Positions 10,581 through 22,444 of a stretch of 64,000 nucleotides of DNA are shown piece after piece. How positions within the stretch are numbered: the stretch's first letter is position 1; each line of letters begins with the position of its first letter. This DNA is from Leucoraja erinacea (lineage: Eukaryota), in assembly GCF_028641065.1 (NCBI RefSeq), contig NC_073398.1, positions 19,716,001 through 19,780,000 of the forward strand, read 5' to 3'. A program made the position numbers and the translations under genes. The notes under the pieces were generated by a model, which saw only the letters and a program-made list of their open reading frames with translations, was not told the DNA's origin and ran no database searches.

Positions 10581-11979
10581 TTTCAAGAAATAGCAGTGAG
10601 TCAACTGCCAGCCCACCAGCCGTGAGTGAGCTGCCAGCATATCAGGCTTGAGTGACTGAGCTGCCACCCCAAGAATCCATTTGGCCCACAATGTCCATAC
10701 TAGCCCTCTGGAAACCAGTCCCTTCAGCCCACAACACCCACGCTAGCGCTCCAGAAAGCACTGTAAGGCAGCAACATCACCACTGCAACACTGTGCCGTC
10801 CCTTTTTCTGTTTCTTCTTATCTTTGTTCTTATATTTATAGATAAGATTATAGATTATAGATGCCCTGAGACTTCAAAGTGATTTTTAAGTAGTCTTATT
10901 ATTTTTTAATTTTTAATTTTCAGATGCTATTCATGGACTTGTTCCATATCATGGCTGACCACAGCAGCCAAGCCTGAGGATAATAAGACAAGCTCACTCA
11001 TTAGAATAGCATTGATGATGAACTGTATGAGGCACCGTATGGTTAATCGTAACCTAAGTATTTTATGGGATTTGAATTGGCAAAATGATGATGATAAGTT
11101 GTTCAAAAATATTAATAGTCTTTTTAAAATCTCACAAAACGTTGAAAAGAATAATCCATCTTTTGGCAGAGGATAAAGGCCACAGCCAAGTGTCCATTGG
11201 TACTTTGTCTGCACATGAATTCTCGTGCATTTGAATTATTTCTCTCATGCAGTGCATTCACAGTCAGAACTTGACCTGATGAGGGAATTCCCAGAACAGT
11301 TGCTTAGGGGAACCTCCACCACAAAAGGAGAAAGCATAAGACGGAAGCCATTTATACACTGAGGTAACAAATTTATCAAAAGTTGCTTTGAAGTTACAGT
11401 AATTAAGTGGTTAAAGCAGATTTTCGGTTAGGGAGAAAAAGCTTTATCTATAAAGTACAGCCACTTATGGGTTTCATTATGATTGGCATTTTAAATGGCT
11501 CTCTATAAAATTCTGGATTGACATCAGATGTATTTATTGTTTTCTGTGTTATTGCTTTCTTCTGATATATTTAAATATTTATCTGTGATGGCCAGGCCCA
11601 GACATCTGGCTGGTGCATGTTGAGGAATAGCAGGGATCCAATTCTTTTTCTTGAGAAAGATCAGTGCCAGGAGGAAAATAATAATGTAGAGGCCAGGTGG
11701 AGAACGCACAGCAGATTAACCCCTTTGAAATTAGGAAGAAGAGTTTTTTCTTTAATAAGTGGAAGATTTTTTTTTCTCTCAAACCATATCTAAATTTGAA
11801 GGTGACTTGCAAAACATTATAAGGGAGATGCTACACTCCACACAGCCAGCATGGATATTTTTCCTGCACGCTTTTGGAGAGTCGCAGAGCCAAACTGCAC
11901 GGAAACAGGCCCTCATCCCAACTCATCCATGTCAACCAAGATACCCTATCTCAGCGTACTAAGAACCATTATAGAATGG

Positions 11980-12335
11980 ATAGTTCCATGAGCAGAAGAG
12001 TTTAGGACCAGAGGTCATAGGCTCAGCATAAAAGGATGCACCTTTAGAAAGGAGGTGGAGGATTTTATTTAGTCAGAGGGTGATGATTCTGTGGAATTCA
12101 TTGCCACAGAAGGCTGTGAAGGCCAAGTCGATGGATATTTTAAAGGCAGAGATTGACAGATTGTTTATTAGTACAGGTGTTAATGGTTACTAGACCAAGT
12201 AGGGCCCGTTCTCCCAACGCAATATTCCACCATTCAGAAGGCAGAAAAATGGGGTTGCGAGGGAACGATAGATCAGCCATGATTGAATGGTGGAGAAGAA
12301 TTAATCGGCCGAATGGCCTAATTCTGCTGCTATAT
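11980..12335 (+). mobile_element. CR1/HER1 LINE 3' fragment
   Basis: RGH.L.IKG..FRKE...FFSQRV..LWNSLP-type coding end followed by the typical 3' UTR. Confidence 0.85.
12190..12231 (-). mobile_element. Helitron 3'-end remnant inserted in CR1
   Basis: Reverse complement ggtggaatattgcgttggg...acgggccctacttggtCTAG|T matches the 3' end of the 38588-39995 copy. Confidence 0.7.
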
Positions 12336-12729
12336 CTTCACCCGACCTCAGGCAAGAGATTCTCTGCATCTACCCGATCTATTCCACTCTTATTTTATAC
12401 ATTTTCTGTACAAGAACAATTTTTCAAATGTCAAATTGCTACTTTCTGTTTTCCATCTGAGAAACGTGTTGCGGAGAATAAAAAATCAAATGGGTATTTG
12501 AACATCTAAGGGTGACAAGTTCAATTCTATGTATTTCTAGTCAAATAGACAGAAGGTTGTTTGAAAAAACTGTACGTTGCAATATCATTCATGCTGTGGA
12601 TGGGGAGTTAATGAATAACGTTGAAAGAGCTTAGTGATGCCCATTCGAGACATTGTGAGGTGTTCCCCAGGCCCAGAAAGTGAGACTGAAAAACAGCAAG
12701 GAAATGGCAAGTAAAGCAGGTAATGAATA

Positions 12730-13030
12730 TTTTTTTTAAAACAGATGCTGAAAATCTGAAATAAAAATATAAAATGCAGGAAATATTCAGCAAATCAGTC
12801 AGCATCAGTGGGATGTTTCAGGTCGAAGAATTGAATTTTGCAACTTGTTCCTTTGTTTTTGTTTCGTTTAGTTTATTGTCATGTCTATCAAGATACAGTA
12901 AAAATCTGAAGAAGGGCTTCGACCCGAAACGTTGCGAATTGCCTTCGCCCCATAGATGCTTCCTCACCCGCTGAGTTTCTCCAGCATTTTTGTCTACCTT
13001 CGATTTTCCAGCATCTGCAGTTCTTTCTTA
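12730..13030. mobile_element. Penelope-derived arms with a Rex1-type tail fragment between them
   Basis: ctgaagaagggcttcgacccgaaacgtt at 12906-12933; tail fragment tttattgtcatgt...acagtaaaa. Confidence 0.6.
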
Positions 13031-13639
13031 AACAGTAAAAATCTTTGTTGTTGTGTACTATCCAGTCAGTGGAAAGACTATATACACGATTACAGTCAAG
13101 CCGTTCACAGTGCACTGAGCTGCTGTTGGAGTAGCGGTTTAAAAGTGTGGAGTAATTATAATGAATGATTGTAGATCCACTTCTGGGACCAGCAAGCAGA
13201 GAGTTACCTGGCTTGGACACTGTTTGCATTGTCACTCTGTAGCTGTCCTTATCTCTTATTTATTTGTTCGTGGAAAAATTATAACAGTTCTGATTAACCC
13301 ATTGACCAGATGACTGCTGATAATTATCCCCAGAGCAATCCTGACCTCACCATGTCAGAGACATTTATTTTGTTCTATCCACTCCTTCCCTGCCTTCTCC
13401 GCAACTTAAAACTAACTTATTTTCTCTTTTTCCCAGTCCCGATGAAGGGTCTTTGATCTGGAACATCAGTTCCTATTCTTTACCACAGATGCTGCCTGAC
13501 CTCCTTAATGTTTCTGCCATTTGTGTGTTTCATAAGAAGTGGCTTGTGAGATATTGATGAGCTTTTGTTTTAGTTTGAAAACATTGTGTATATTCAGGGA
13601 AAGCTCCATTAGACCTGAAAATAAGTAATGTATTTAAAA

Positions 13640-14335
13640 GGGGAGGGAGATTGAGAGTAAACCAGTTAATTGAAGATTTGTCATAAGGAAAATGTTACAA
13701 GATATTATTTAAGATGTTTCAGCTGAACTCTTGGAAAACTCAAAGTAATCAGGCAAAGTCAACATGGTTTTGTGAAAGGAAAATCATATTTGATCAGTTT
13801 ATCCTTTGAAGACGTAACAAGTGCTAGAGATAAAAGTGAACCTGTAGATGTAGTATACTTAGATTTCTGGAAGGCATTGATAAGAAGCCACATCAAAGAT
13901 TGTTGTGGAGGAGAATGTCATTCTTTTTTGTGAAGGGAATGGAATATGAAACCAGGGGTGTTATGCTTCATTTACAGTATATAAGGTAAAGGTGAAACAA
14001 CATCAGGAGTACCACGCAGTCCTATGCCTTTTAGTTTCACATTTAAGGAAGTATGTCAATATGTTGGAAGAGGTTCAGAGAAGGTTTATTGAAAGGCATA
14101 GGTTATTCTATGAGGTAAGTTCGGACAAGCTGGCTTTTATTCACTGGAGTTCAGAAAAATCAGAAGAGTCTTGACCAAAACATTATGCTAGCTGACACTT
14201 GAATGTTTCAAGGATTTTCTGTTTTTAATTAAGATTTTGAAGCGTCTTGGCAGTCTGAATGTTAAGAGGATATTTGCTCCACTGTGATAATCTAGAATTG
14301 GGAAACATAGTTTCAAACTAAAGAGTTGTCCATTT
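13640..14335 (+). mobile_element. Old CR1 LINE ORF2 (RT) fragments
   Basis: Degenerate IRQSQHGFVKGKS...FEDVTS...VDVVYLDF and LEEVQRRF. Confidence 0.75.
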
Positions 14336-14479
14336 CAGACAGAGTATCGTCCCTGCTGGAGGAAGTCCGGATCACAGAAACATATGGGAAGTCAGGGATC
14401 ATTGCTGTTTGTTGAATTATGTTGTGCCGGGAATGCGGTCTCGATCTGTAAATACTATTTTTCCCAATTAACCGTAGAC

Positions 14480-14680
14480 TGTGCTGACCCATTGAGAATA
14501 GTAGTGAGATGTGACTCCCAGGATGTGGGAAGTTGATCACCTTTATTTTTGGATGGGATGGAGGTGCTGCAGGGGCAGATTGGTGGAGGATTTAGGTCTT
14601 GAGGATGCTGAGTGAAGGTCCACCCTCTCGTGTGCATCTGCAAAAGCATCGATGATGGCCTGGAGCTCAGCCACAAAATG
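14480..14680 (-). mobile_element. RTE-clade LINE RT fragment
   Basis: AELQAIIDAFADAHERV resembles the RTE/BovB segment after the FADD motif. Confidence 0.55.
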
Positions 14681-15707
14681 GGAGGATTTTATAAATAGGA
14701 AACAGCAACGGCACAAGAATTGTATTAACACGGAGCAGACTGACACTGACTTCATGTTGGCAGAAATCACAATTTAATTCCACGAACATTAACTAACCAT
14801 TATGTTATTTCAGAACTAATACTAGCATGGTGCAATATTCTCACTTTAGGCTCTCTGTTTGCTTGATGGGTTATATATTAATACTTCTAAAACATGTTTT
14901 GTGCTTCATTTCCTCTTTTTAAACCATTTGCTTAAATCTGATTAATTAATTTAATCCATTAAATACAGAGCTCAGTTTAATTTGCCTCATTCTATAATGG
15001 GTTGCACAGGTTAATGTGGGATACTTTTAAATTTAACTAGAGAAATGCAGTTAATCTATTTATTAATTTGAGGGCATTCCTGACCGGTTTCTCTGACTTG
15101 CCCAAGGATGCTGAAACCATGTCTAATTGCTCTTAATACTATCCAAGCAAAGCACGAGTCAGGTATCAGATGTGCTGCATTCAGCAAATAGTTGCACAAT
15201 CACCCTGATAATTTGGGCATTGATAACAATACTTTGATTAATGATAACCAAAATAGAAAGGCGTCATCCCTATACATGAAGGAAAAGGACGGGCAGTGTG
15301 GGAATTTCTATCATAGAGCAGCAACTTAGGAAATCGCAAAACATTTATATTCCGAAAGATCTCAAACCCTGGAGCTCATCAATAGTATTTAGATCATTCA
15401 AATTATTGTGCAGTCCAATCACATCTGGAAGTAAAAGATGCGGATGGTCGAGATGTGAAATACAAGTTCAACCAAATCATGCAGCAGGTTGATCAACACA
15501 TTAAATTGGAAACACCATCAGCATTTTGTGTTTGACCTGTCACAAGATCTTGTATTCCTCTACATTTCTTCTCCATGCTCCCTCACGAGAGGTAATAATT
15601 TGCCTGTGTTAAATGCCCCAGAGCATTTGGAGTGGGTGTGAAAGTGGGATAACATCAAACTAGTTTGAACAAGTGGTTGATGTAGACACAGTGGCTGAAG
15701 GGCCTAG

Positions 15708-15866
15708 NNNNNNNNNNNNNNNNNNNNNNNNNNNNNNNNNNNNNNNNNNNNNNNNNNNNNNNNNNNNNNNNNNNNNNNNNNNNNNNNNNNNNNNNNNNNN
15801 NNNNNNNNNNNNNNNNNNNNNNNNNNNNNNNNNNNNNNNNNNNNNNNNNNNNNNNNNNNNNNNNNN
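15708..15866. other. Assembly gap (N run)
   Basis: 159 N. Confidence 1.
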
Positions 15867-16149
15867 TGCATGTAAAGCTGAGGATTGTTCACATTTCCAT
15901 TCATTAATTTTTCAGGTGATCAACTACAAGGTCCATGTACCCTGCAGAGGATGCTGTGATATACCTCTGGTCATCAACATGTGCCATTACAAGAATGATG
16001 TTCCTAACAGATGCATTGCTATCACTTAACCATTTAATAATCAAGTATATTATTTTCTTCCTTTTTACAAAATATCCCTGTTTCCGTAAATATTTACAAT
16101 GTACTAATGCCGTAGATAGAGAAACCAAGTGCATTGCAGCTAAATTTGC

Positions 16150-16920
16150 CAAATATCAATAGGAAAGGAAGTGGTTGTGTTTGACTAGGGGGTGCAGAGA
16201 GTTTGCAAGGGGATGTGGGCAGGTTAACTGATTTGGCAACAAATAATGGCAGATAAGGGGAGTTGTGAAGTTGTCCAATAAGGAGGAACAGAACAGTAGA
16301 ATGTTGAATAGATGGAGAAAATCTACAGAATGTTGCAGTAGAGGGGAACGTGTGTCTCCCGGTGTATAAAATACACAAAGTCAATATGCAGCTTCTGCAA
16401 ATAATTAGAAAGACAAATGGGGTTGTGACCTTTATTGCTGAGAGAATTAGGTATTTAAAAATGGATGCCGTGGTCCAAATGTACAGGGCATTCATGAGAC
16501 CACATTTTAAGTACTGCATATAGTTTTGGGTTCTTTATTTAAGGATGGATATATTTGCAATTGAGGGAGGTCAAATAAGTTTCACAAGGCTGATTTCTGA
16601 GATGAAGGTGTTGTCTTACGAGTAACGTTTCTTCAGATTGGATGCATGGTCATTGGAATTGAGAAGATTGACAGGCTAAACATACTAAAATAGATAATAT
16701 TCTAAGGGATTAAACAGGGTGGATGCTGAGAGGATATTGTTTTCTTATATGGGGGAACCTAGAACTCGAAGCCATGGATTCAGAATGAGACGTCACTCAT
16801 TTAAGACAGATGAGAAGAAATTTCTTTTCTTGGAGTGTCATGAATCTTCAGGTCTCCAGTCATGAAAGCTGCTCAGGCTGAACCATTGAATAAGTTCAAT
16901 GTCTATGTAAGAGTCAAGTG
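16150..16920 (+). mobile_element. Old CR1 LINE ORF2 3' part
   Basis: Degenerate LQGDVGRL..., MYRAFMRPH..YC..FW, RGH..RMR; many stops. Confidence 0.75.
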
Positions 16921-17017
16921 TTCTAGAGAAGGGAACCCATCTTGTACCTATCCATCTTGCTGTACAACAACACTCCTCAGGACCTTGTCATTAGCTATGT
17001 GTCCTGCCCAGCTTTAA

Positions 17018-17432
17018 CAAGTCAAGTCAAGTCAAGTCAAGTTTATTTGTCACATACACATACGAGAACCAAACAAATTATAAACACAATCATAACACAC
17101 ATATTCTTTTACATAATAAATAATGGAAGGAAAAACGTTCTGTAGAGTTAGTCCCTGGTGAGATAGGCGTTTACAGTCCGAATTGCCTCTGGGAAGAAAC
17201 TCCTTCTCAACCTCTCCGTTCTCACCACATGGCAACGGAGGTGTTTGCCTGACCGTAGCAGCTGGAACAGTCCGTTGCAGGGGTGGAAGGGGTCTCCCAT
17301 GATTTTGTTTGCTCTGGAGTTGCACCTCCTGTTGTATAGTTCCTGCAGGGGGGTGAGTTAAGTTCCCACAGTGCGTTCGGCTGAACGCACTACTCTCTGC
17401 AGAGCCTTCTTGTCCTTGGCAGAGCAATTCCC
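17018..17432 (-). mobile_element. Rex1/Babar LINE 3' fragment
   Basis: RRALQRVVRSAE..., DP.HP.NGLFQLLRSGKHL..., RRSFFPEAIR; (gactt)n tail at 17018-17042. Confidence 0.85.
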
Positions 17433-17757
17433 TAGTTCCTTTCCCAAAATGTATAACTTCTCATTTGTCTGAGTTCAATTCCATTTGGCCTTTCCTTTAC
17501 CCACTTTCTCAATATTCTGTTGTAATAGGGCCACCTTCTTCACTGTTCACGAAAGCACCAATTTTTGAGTCATCTCTGAACTCGCTAACCATACCACTGA
17601 CATTCCCAACCAGTTAAATAAATAACTTCACCAGGCAGTTTAAAACACACAATAACAGTTAATCATGCATTTGTTATTTTTTGTGAAGTCCACACATTAC
17701 TGGTATCCGCTCAGCTGCAGCTCAGGTTACTGTGCCTAACAAATTCAGAAATGTTTC

Positions 17758-17927
17758 TTTAGTTTTATTTTTATTTTTAGAGATACAGCACAGAAACTGA
17801 CCCTTCGGCCCACCGAGTCTGCACCGACCAGCGATCCCTGCACATTAACAATGTCCAACACAAACTAGGGACAATTTACATTTATACCAAGCCAATTTTA
17901 CTTACAAACCTGTACGTCTTTGGAGTA
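17758..17927 (-). mobile_element. HE1-type SINE 3' half
   Basis: Reverse complement of ctccaaagacgtacaggtttgt...gggatcgctggtcggtgcagactcggtgggccgaaggg. Confidence 0.8.
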
Positions 17928-18754
17928 CTTGATATGTGTTCAAAAATCTAGTTTAAATGAAGAATACAAGTATAAAAGCACAATTCAGCGACAAGTACGA
18001 AATTCCTATGAGTAACTTGGTAAACAAATTGTTACTGTATCACATGAATATTAGCAGAGCAAGTCAGTTAAATATGAGTCACATGCTTCATGGATGCATT
18101 CCATTTTCATAAACTATTTACTGTGCTAATATGCAACTGCAGAAAAAAAGATAAAACAGTTTTTTTTTAACGTCTCTTAGCTCATCGTAAAATATGGTTC
18201 AAAAATACGTAATCTCAACACAGAAATGTAATTATACACTAATGTTTGATATTTTGCAACATTAATGTGAAAATAGCTTTCTGTATATTTGCACTAGGTT
18301 TTAATAAAGGAATAAACGTAATTCTGTATGTGTTTGGGAAGTATTTTCAAAGATTTCATTTCCTTTGCTCCTCCTACCCTATCATACCAAATGTTTGTTT
18401 TATTGATAATAATAATGCTACTGATGTTTTTCAAAGACGATTACCTTAATCTGTCATTAAATTAGAGGTATTCAAGAAATGTATTCCAGATTACAATCTT
18501 GGTGTATGCAAGTCTGTTCTTGGTTTGACAAATTCATAATTACCCGGTGAATTCTGCACTTTCTCACGCTGGCCAAAGTAATATTGGAGCAACAGTTGTT
18601 TTAAGCAGTTTAACAAAGTGTGGGAAAATATTAAAAGGTGGTATACTTTAATTCAAATTCATTGAAACCAAAGATGCCTTTGGCAATAGGAAGTGGTAAA
18701 ATGAACATGATAATCTATTTAAGATTTTAATTGTTTAAAACGTTTAATTCCAAG

Positions 18755-19130
18755 GTAGAACTTTATTCCTTGAAGCACAGGAAGCTAAGAGGTTATCTTT
18801 TGGAGGTGTATAAAATCATAAGGAGAATTGATAAGCGGAATGCACAGAGGTTTTTATTCTGGCTAAGGGAATCAAGAGCCAGGTGGCACAAATTGAATAA
18901 GAACCTGAGGGGCACCCTTTCACTCAGAGGGTGATGCGTGCATAAAATGAACTGCCAGGTGAGGTAGTTGAGGCAGATACAATAACAACATTTAAAAGAC
19001 ACTTGGATAGGTGCATGGACAGGAAAGGTTTAGAGAGATATGGGACAAATGTGGACAAATAGGACTACCTTAGATGAGGCATTGTGGTCAGCATGGATGC
19101 ATTGGGCTGAAGGGTCTGTTTCTGTGCTAT
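18755..19130 (+). mobile_element. CR1/HER1 LINE 3' fragment
   Basis: LYSLKHRKLRGYLLEVYKIIRRIDK; 3' end gggctgaagggtctgtttctgtgct. Confidence 0.85.
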
Positions 19131-19429
19131 CACTTGTCGATTAGGAATGAGTGGGAAAAGAGTGACAAATATCTTCTTCAAAACATCTTGCTTTGTATTT
19201 GACATGAATGAATGCTTCCATATTTCCACATGACTTGGAAGGAAGCCGTTCTGCCCATTAAGTCGAGGATGGCTCATACAGCAGTCCCATTTACCCCACT
19301 AGTTTACCCTGTAATATGTTCTCTACACATTGCCATCAATTGTCAGATTCTGCCAGTCATCTACACATCAGGGGGCATTTCATTTACAGTTGCAATTCAA
19401 CTAATCTTTGGGATGTGAGAATAAATCTG

Positions 19430-20430
19430 GGAGTGTGCAATGGCTGCCTCCCCAACAATCTATCTGTTCATTCCTTCTTTGTTGTTTATTTGTATGTGGT
19501 AAATGTATGTCTTTAGTGTTCTTAAGCTTGATTTATGTGGCGGGGGGGGGGGGGGGGGTTGGGGGGGGGGGGGAGGGGTTGGGGGAGGAGGGGGAGGAGG
19601 GGAGGAGAGTAGGGAATTGGGGGGAATCTTTTTCTAATCTCTTAACTTGATGGAGATGCGATTTTTTCCTATATCGTATTTCCATCGCACTGCGGCCTAA
19701 CATGGAGACCGACTTCGGAGAGCTCCACCACGGCGAGAGCCTGTGGACTTACCATCACGGAGCTTGCGATCGGTTTTGGGCCTCCAACCACGGGAGCCAT
19801 TGGACTTTAACATCGCGGAGCTCATGGGCTCTGCTCAGAGACCGACTTCGGGAACACCAAACCATAGGAGCTTCGAATGTCCCCGACGCGGGAGCTTCGA
19901 TCACCCCTTCGCGGGAGCTTCGATCACCCCAATGCGGATGCTTCGACCTCTGGCTGTGGGAGCTTGATCGCTCGACTGCACATGGTTCAACTACCCCGAC
20001 CGCGCAAAAATAAAAATAAGAAGAAGTTTGGAATTTATTGCATGTGAGGAACGTGGGGAACGTGGGGAATCCGCTGTGGTGGATGTTTATGTTGTGGCGG
20101 CTCCCAAGGGCCGGGCCATCCCAACTATCAAACCCCTCGGCACGGGAATAGTTGAGTCCAGAGGCGGCCCTTAACTAGAGGGATAAAAGGCAAGGGTTTG
20201 GGTGCCATTTTCCTCTTGTGGGCTTCTCTGATACCAAGAAGGACATAATAAAAGGTACCTTTCGAAACACCTGGCTCCTCGCTTTCATTTCGGGACCTAC
20301 GCCCCACAATGTTAACTTTTATGTAGTTTGTGTCTTGTTGCTTTTTAAAAAAATATGTCTGTATGGTAATCTGAATTTCACTGTACCTTAATTGGTACAT
20401 GTGACAAAAAACTGACCTTGAAACCTTGAG
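19430..20430 (+). mobile_element. GC-rich non-autonomous retroposon with Rex1-type tail
   Basis: Internal gggagcttcgatc repeats, core ccgctgtggtggatgtttatgtt, stem-loop tgtacc-ttaatt-ggtaca, (accttga)n tail; homologous to 52610-53346. Confidence 0.7.
20093..20308 (+). mobile_element. Solo LTR (216 bp) with 4-bp TSD
   Basis: TGTGG...CCACA termini; TSD ATGT (20089-20092, 20309-20312); internal gataaaag and aataaa; splits the host motif gtttatgttaac. Confidence 0.85.
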
Positions 20431-21454
20431 ACCTCGAAGCTTTAAAAAATTCCATTCAATCAGCCGTGAAGATCAGGATTGAATGTGGGTTTCTGGAACC
20501 ATAAATAACTTTATTTACTTTTATTTACTGCACCTTTATTTACTGGCTTGGGTGGCTTCAGTGAGTTGTCTTTGATAATTGGCAGTGACAACTTACAACA
20601 AAGCTCGGCGTGGGTAACTTGTTGTTGAACCAGTGTGCAGAATTGAACTTTACAAACACCACATCTGCCTGTGAGCAATAAGCCTGCAACTAACTATATC
20701 TAACTTACCTCTTCCTTCATGCAAAAGTGCTAAAGACAGAGAACCACTTTCTCTAATTTACGAGAATATTTCCTCGTTACATAAGAAACCTGTTTCAGCG
20801 CTACATATTTTTGAGCTGTTGGCTTTACTGTGACAATTGTGTGTGTGCGCTCAGTAATGTAGTGTCTTACAAAGGAATATTTCCACACTTAAATGAAGCA
20901 TGCTGTTAACCATTAAAAAAAATGCTGTTATCAGTGCTTTGCTACGATACCAATGTTCAATTTTCCAGCGGGTGTAGCCATTTGCTAACCTTTCTTTTCA
21001 TCTGCAGAATTATAGTTGAATCCAGACCACACTGAAGATAAGGACTCATTATGCAACCTAAATTAAATTAGTTTGTACAATCTCAATTTATGCCCTAAAA
21101 TCCTTAATGAGATGCAATTATGAAAAACTCACCATATAATTTGACGCTAATTGGTGCTAAATTGGCAGTTAAAACAAGTACCGTTATAAGAAGTGGAAAT
21201 GTCACAGTTGTGCAGTATAACAGTGTGAGACAACTCTATTTTTGAGGGTTAAAGGCTGTTAATATGGCAGTCAGAAAATAAAAATAATTTCTGCTCTATC
21301 GTTAATGGGAAAAGTTTATATTGACGAGGGAATTTCAACTATATTCTTCAATATGGCATTTCTCAACTTCATGGACATTCAAGGACACTCCTGGATTTTA
21401 GTTTAGTGCCGTTCTGCATTTTGCTGTTGGATAATGTGGCTTAAACTGCAATGT

Positions 21455-21600
21455 TTAATTTAATTTATTGCCACGTGTACCGAGGTGCAGTGAAAAGCTT
21501 TTTGTTGCGTGCTATCCAGTCGGCAGAAAGACAATATGTTATTATAATCGAGCCATTTACAGTGTATAGATACATGATAAGGAAACAACGTTTGGTGCAC
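21455..21600 (-). mobile_element. Rex1-type 3' tail fragment
   Basis: tttattgccacgtgtaccgaggtgcagtgaaaagctttt; homologous to 44340-44505 and 60620-60750. Confidence 0.7.
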
Positions 21601-21625
21601 ATTAATGCTGCCAGTTACGCACTAA

Positions 21626-22444
21626 TGGGCCTGTCCCACTTAGGCCACTTTTTAGGCAATGGCAGGAGACTATGCGATCGCCACATGGTCGCCACATGTT
21701 CACGGGTGGTTGCCAGGCAGTCGCCTTCATGGTCGTGAGGAGTTCCTGCATTCTGGGAACTAGTCGCAGCCTTATTATGGTCATTATTACATGTTGGAAA
21801 ATTAGCAGCGACCAGAATGAAGCTGCCATGGAGAGTAGCGAGAATTCTCGTGCCGTAGGTGTAGTGGTAGTGGATTACCAGGAGGTCGAAGATTGTCATA
21901 GGTTCTTGTAAGTTGTAGCCGGTGCTGACCGGTGAATTTCATTGGCTCATTGGGAAAAAAAACATAAGCAGTAGTTTTCAGAACTAAGGATAACCAACTG
22001 TTAATGTCCGCCGAGCATCACAGCACAGTGTACAGGAAGGGTTACGTAAGTCCTTTAAAAGAGGGGGGGAGGGAGGGAGTTGAGAGGGGGAGAAGTGAGG
22101 AGGGGGGGGGGGTTACCTATACTCCTACTAACCCCCCCCCATCCCCCCCTTTCTCCCCCTCTCCCTTATCCCCCCCTCTCCCGCCCCCACTCTCCCTTCC
22201 CCCCCCCCCTCTCCGCCCCCACACCTCCCGTACACTGTGCTTTCCCCCCTCCGCCCCCACATCTTAATTACACTTTCACCATCTAATTACTTTCCTGTTC
22301 ATCGTGGCTTTACACTGTGCGAATTTCACTCAAACAGTGCTCCCCCCGCTTGCCCTTTCCCCCGCCTGCATAACGGACTGGTGAAGGAAGGACTTGATAG
22401 TCGCTGGCAGTTGCCTGAAAAGTTGCCTAAGTGGGACAGGCCCA
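21626..22444. mobile_element. PIF/Harbinger-like non-autonomous DNA transposon
   Basis: TIR tgggcctgtcccacttaggc / gcctaagtgggacaggccca; TAA on both flanks. Confidence 0.88.

Larger units (their letters stand above)
9620..10759 (+). mobile_element. Non-autonomous Helitron, 3'-truncated (same family as 38588-39995)
   Basis: A|TCTATATTACTAAA 5' end; colinear with the complete copy up to ctagcgctccagaaagc. Confidence 0.8.

Noticed and set aside
15915-16029. Terminal coding exon VINYKVHVPCRGCC...
   Set aside because: No recognisable homology and no linkable upstream coding exon; next to a gap.
22004-22286. Proline-rich ORFs (also 40330-40608 and 56932-57357)
   Set aside because: Translations of poly-C or GA low-complexity tracts within repeats.
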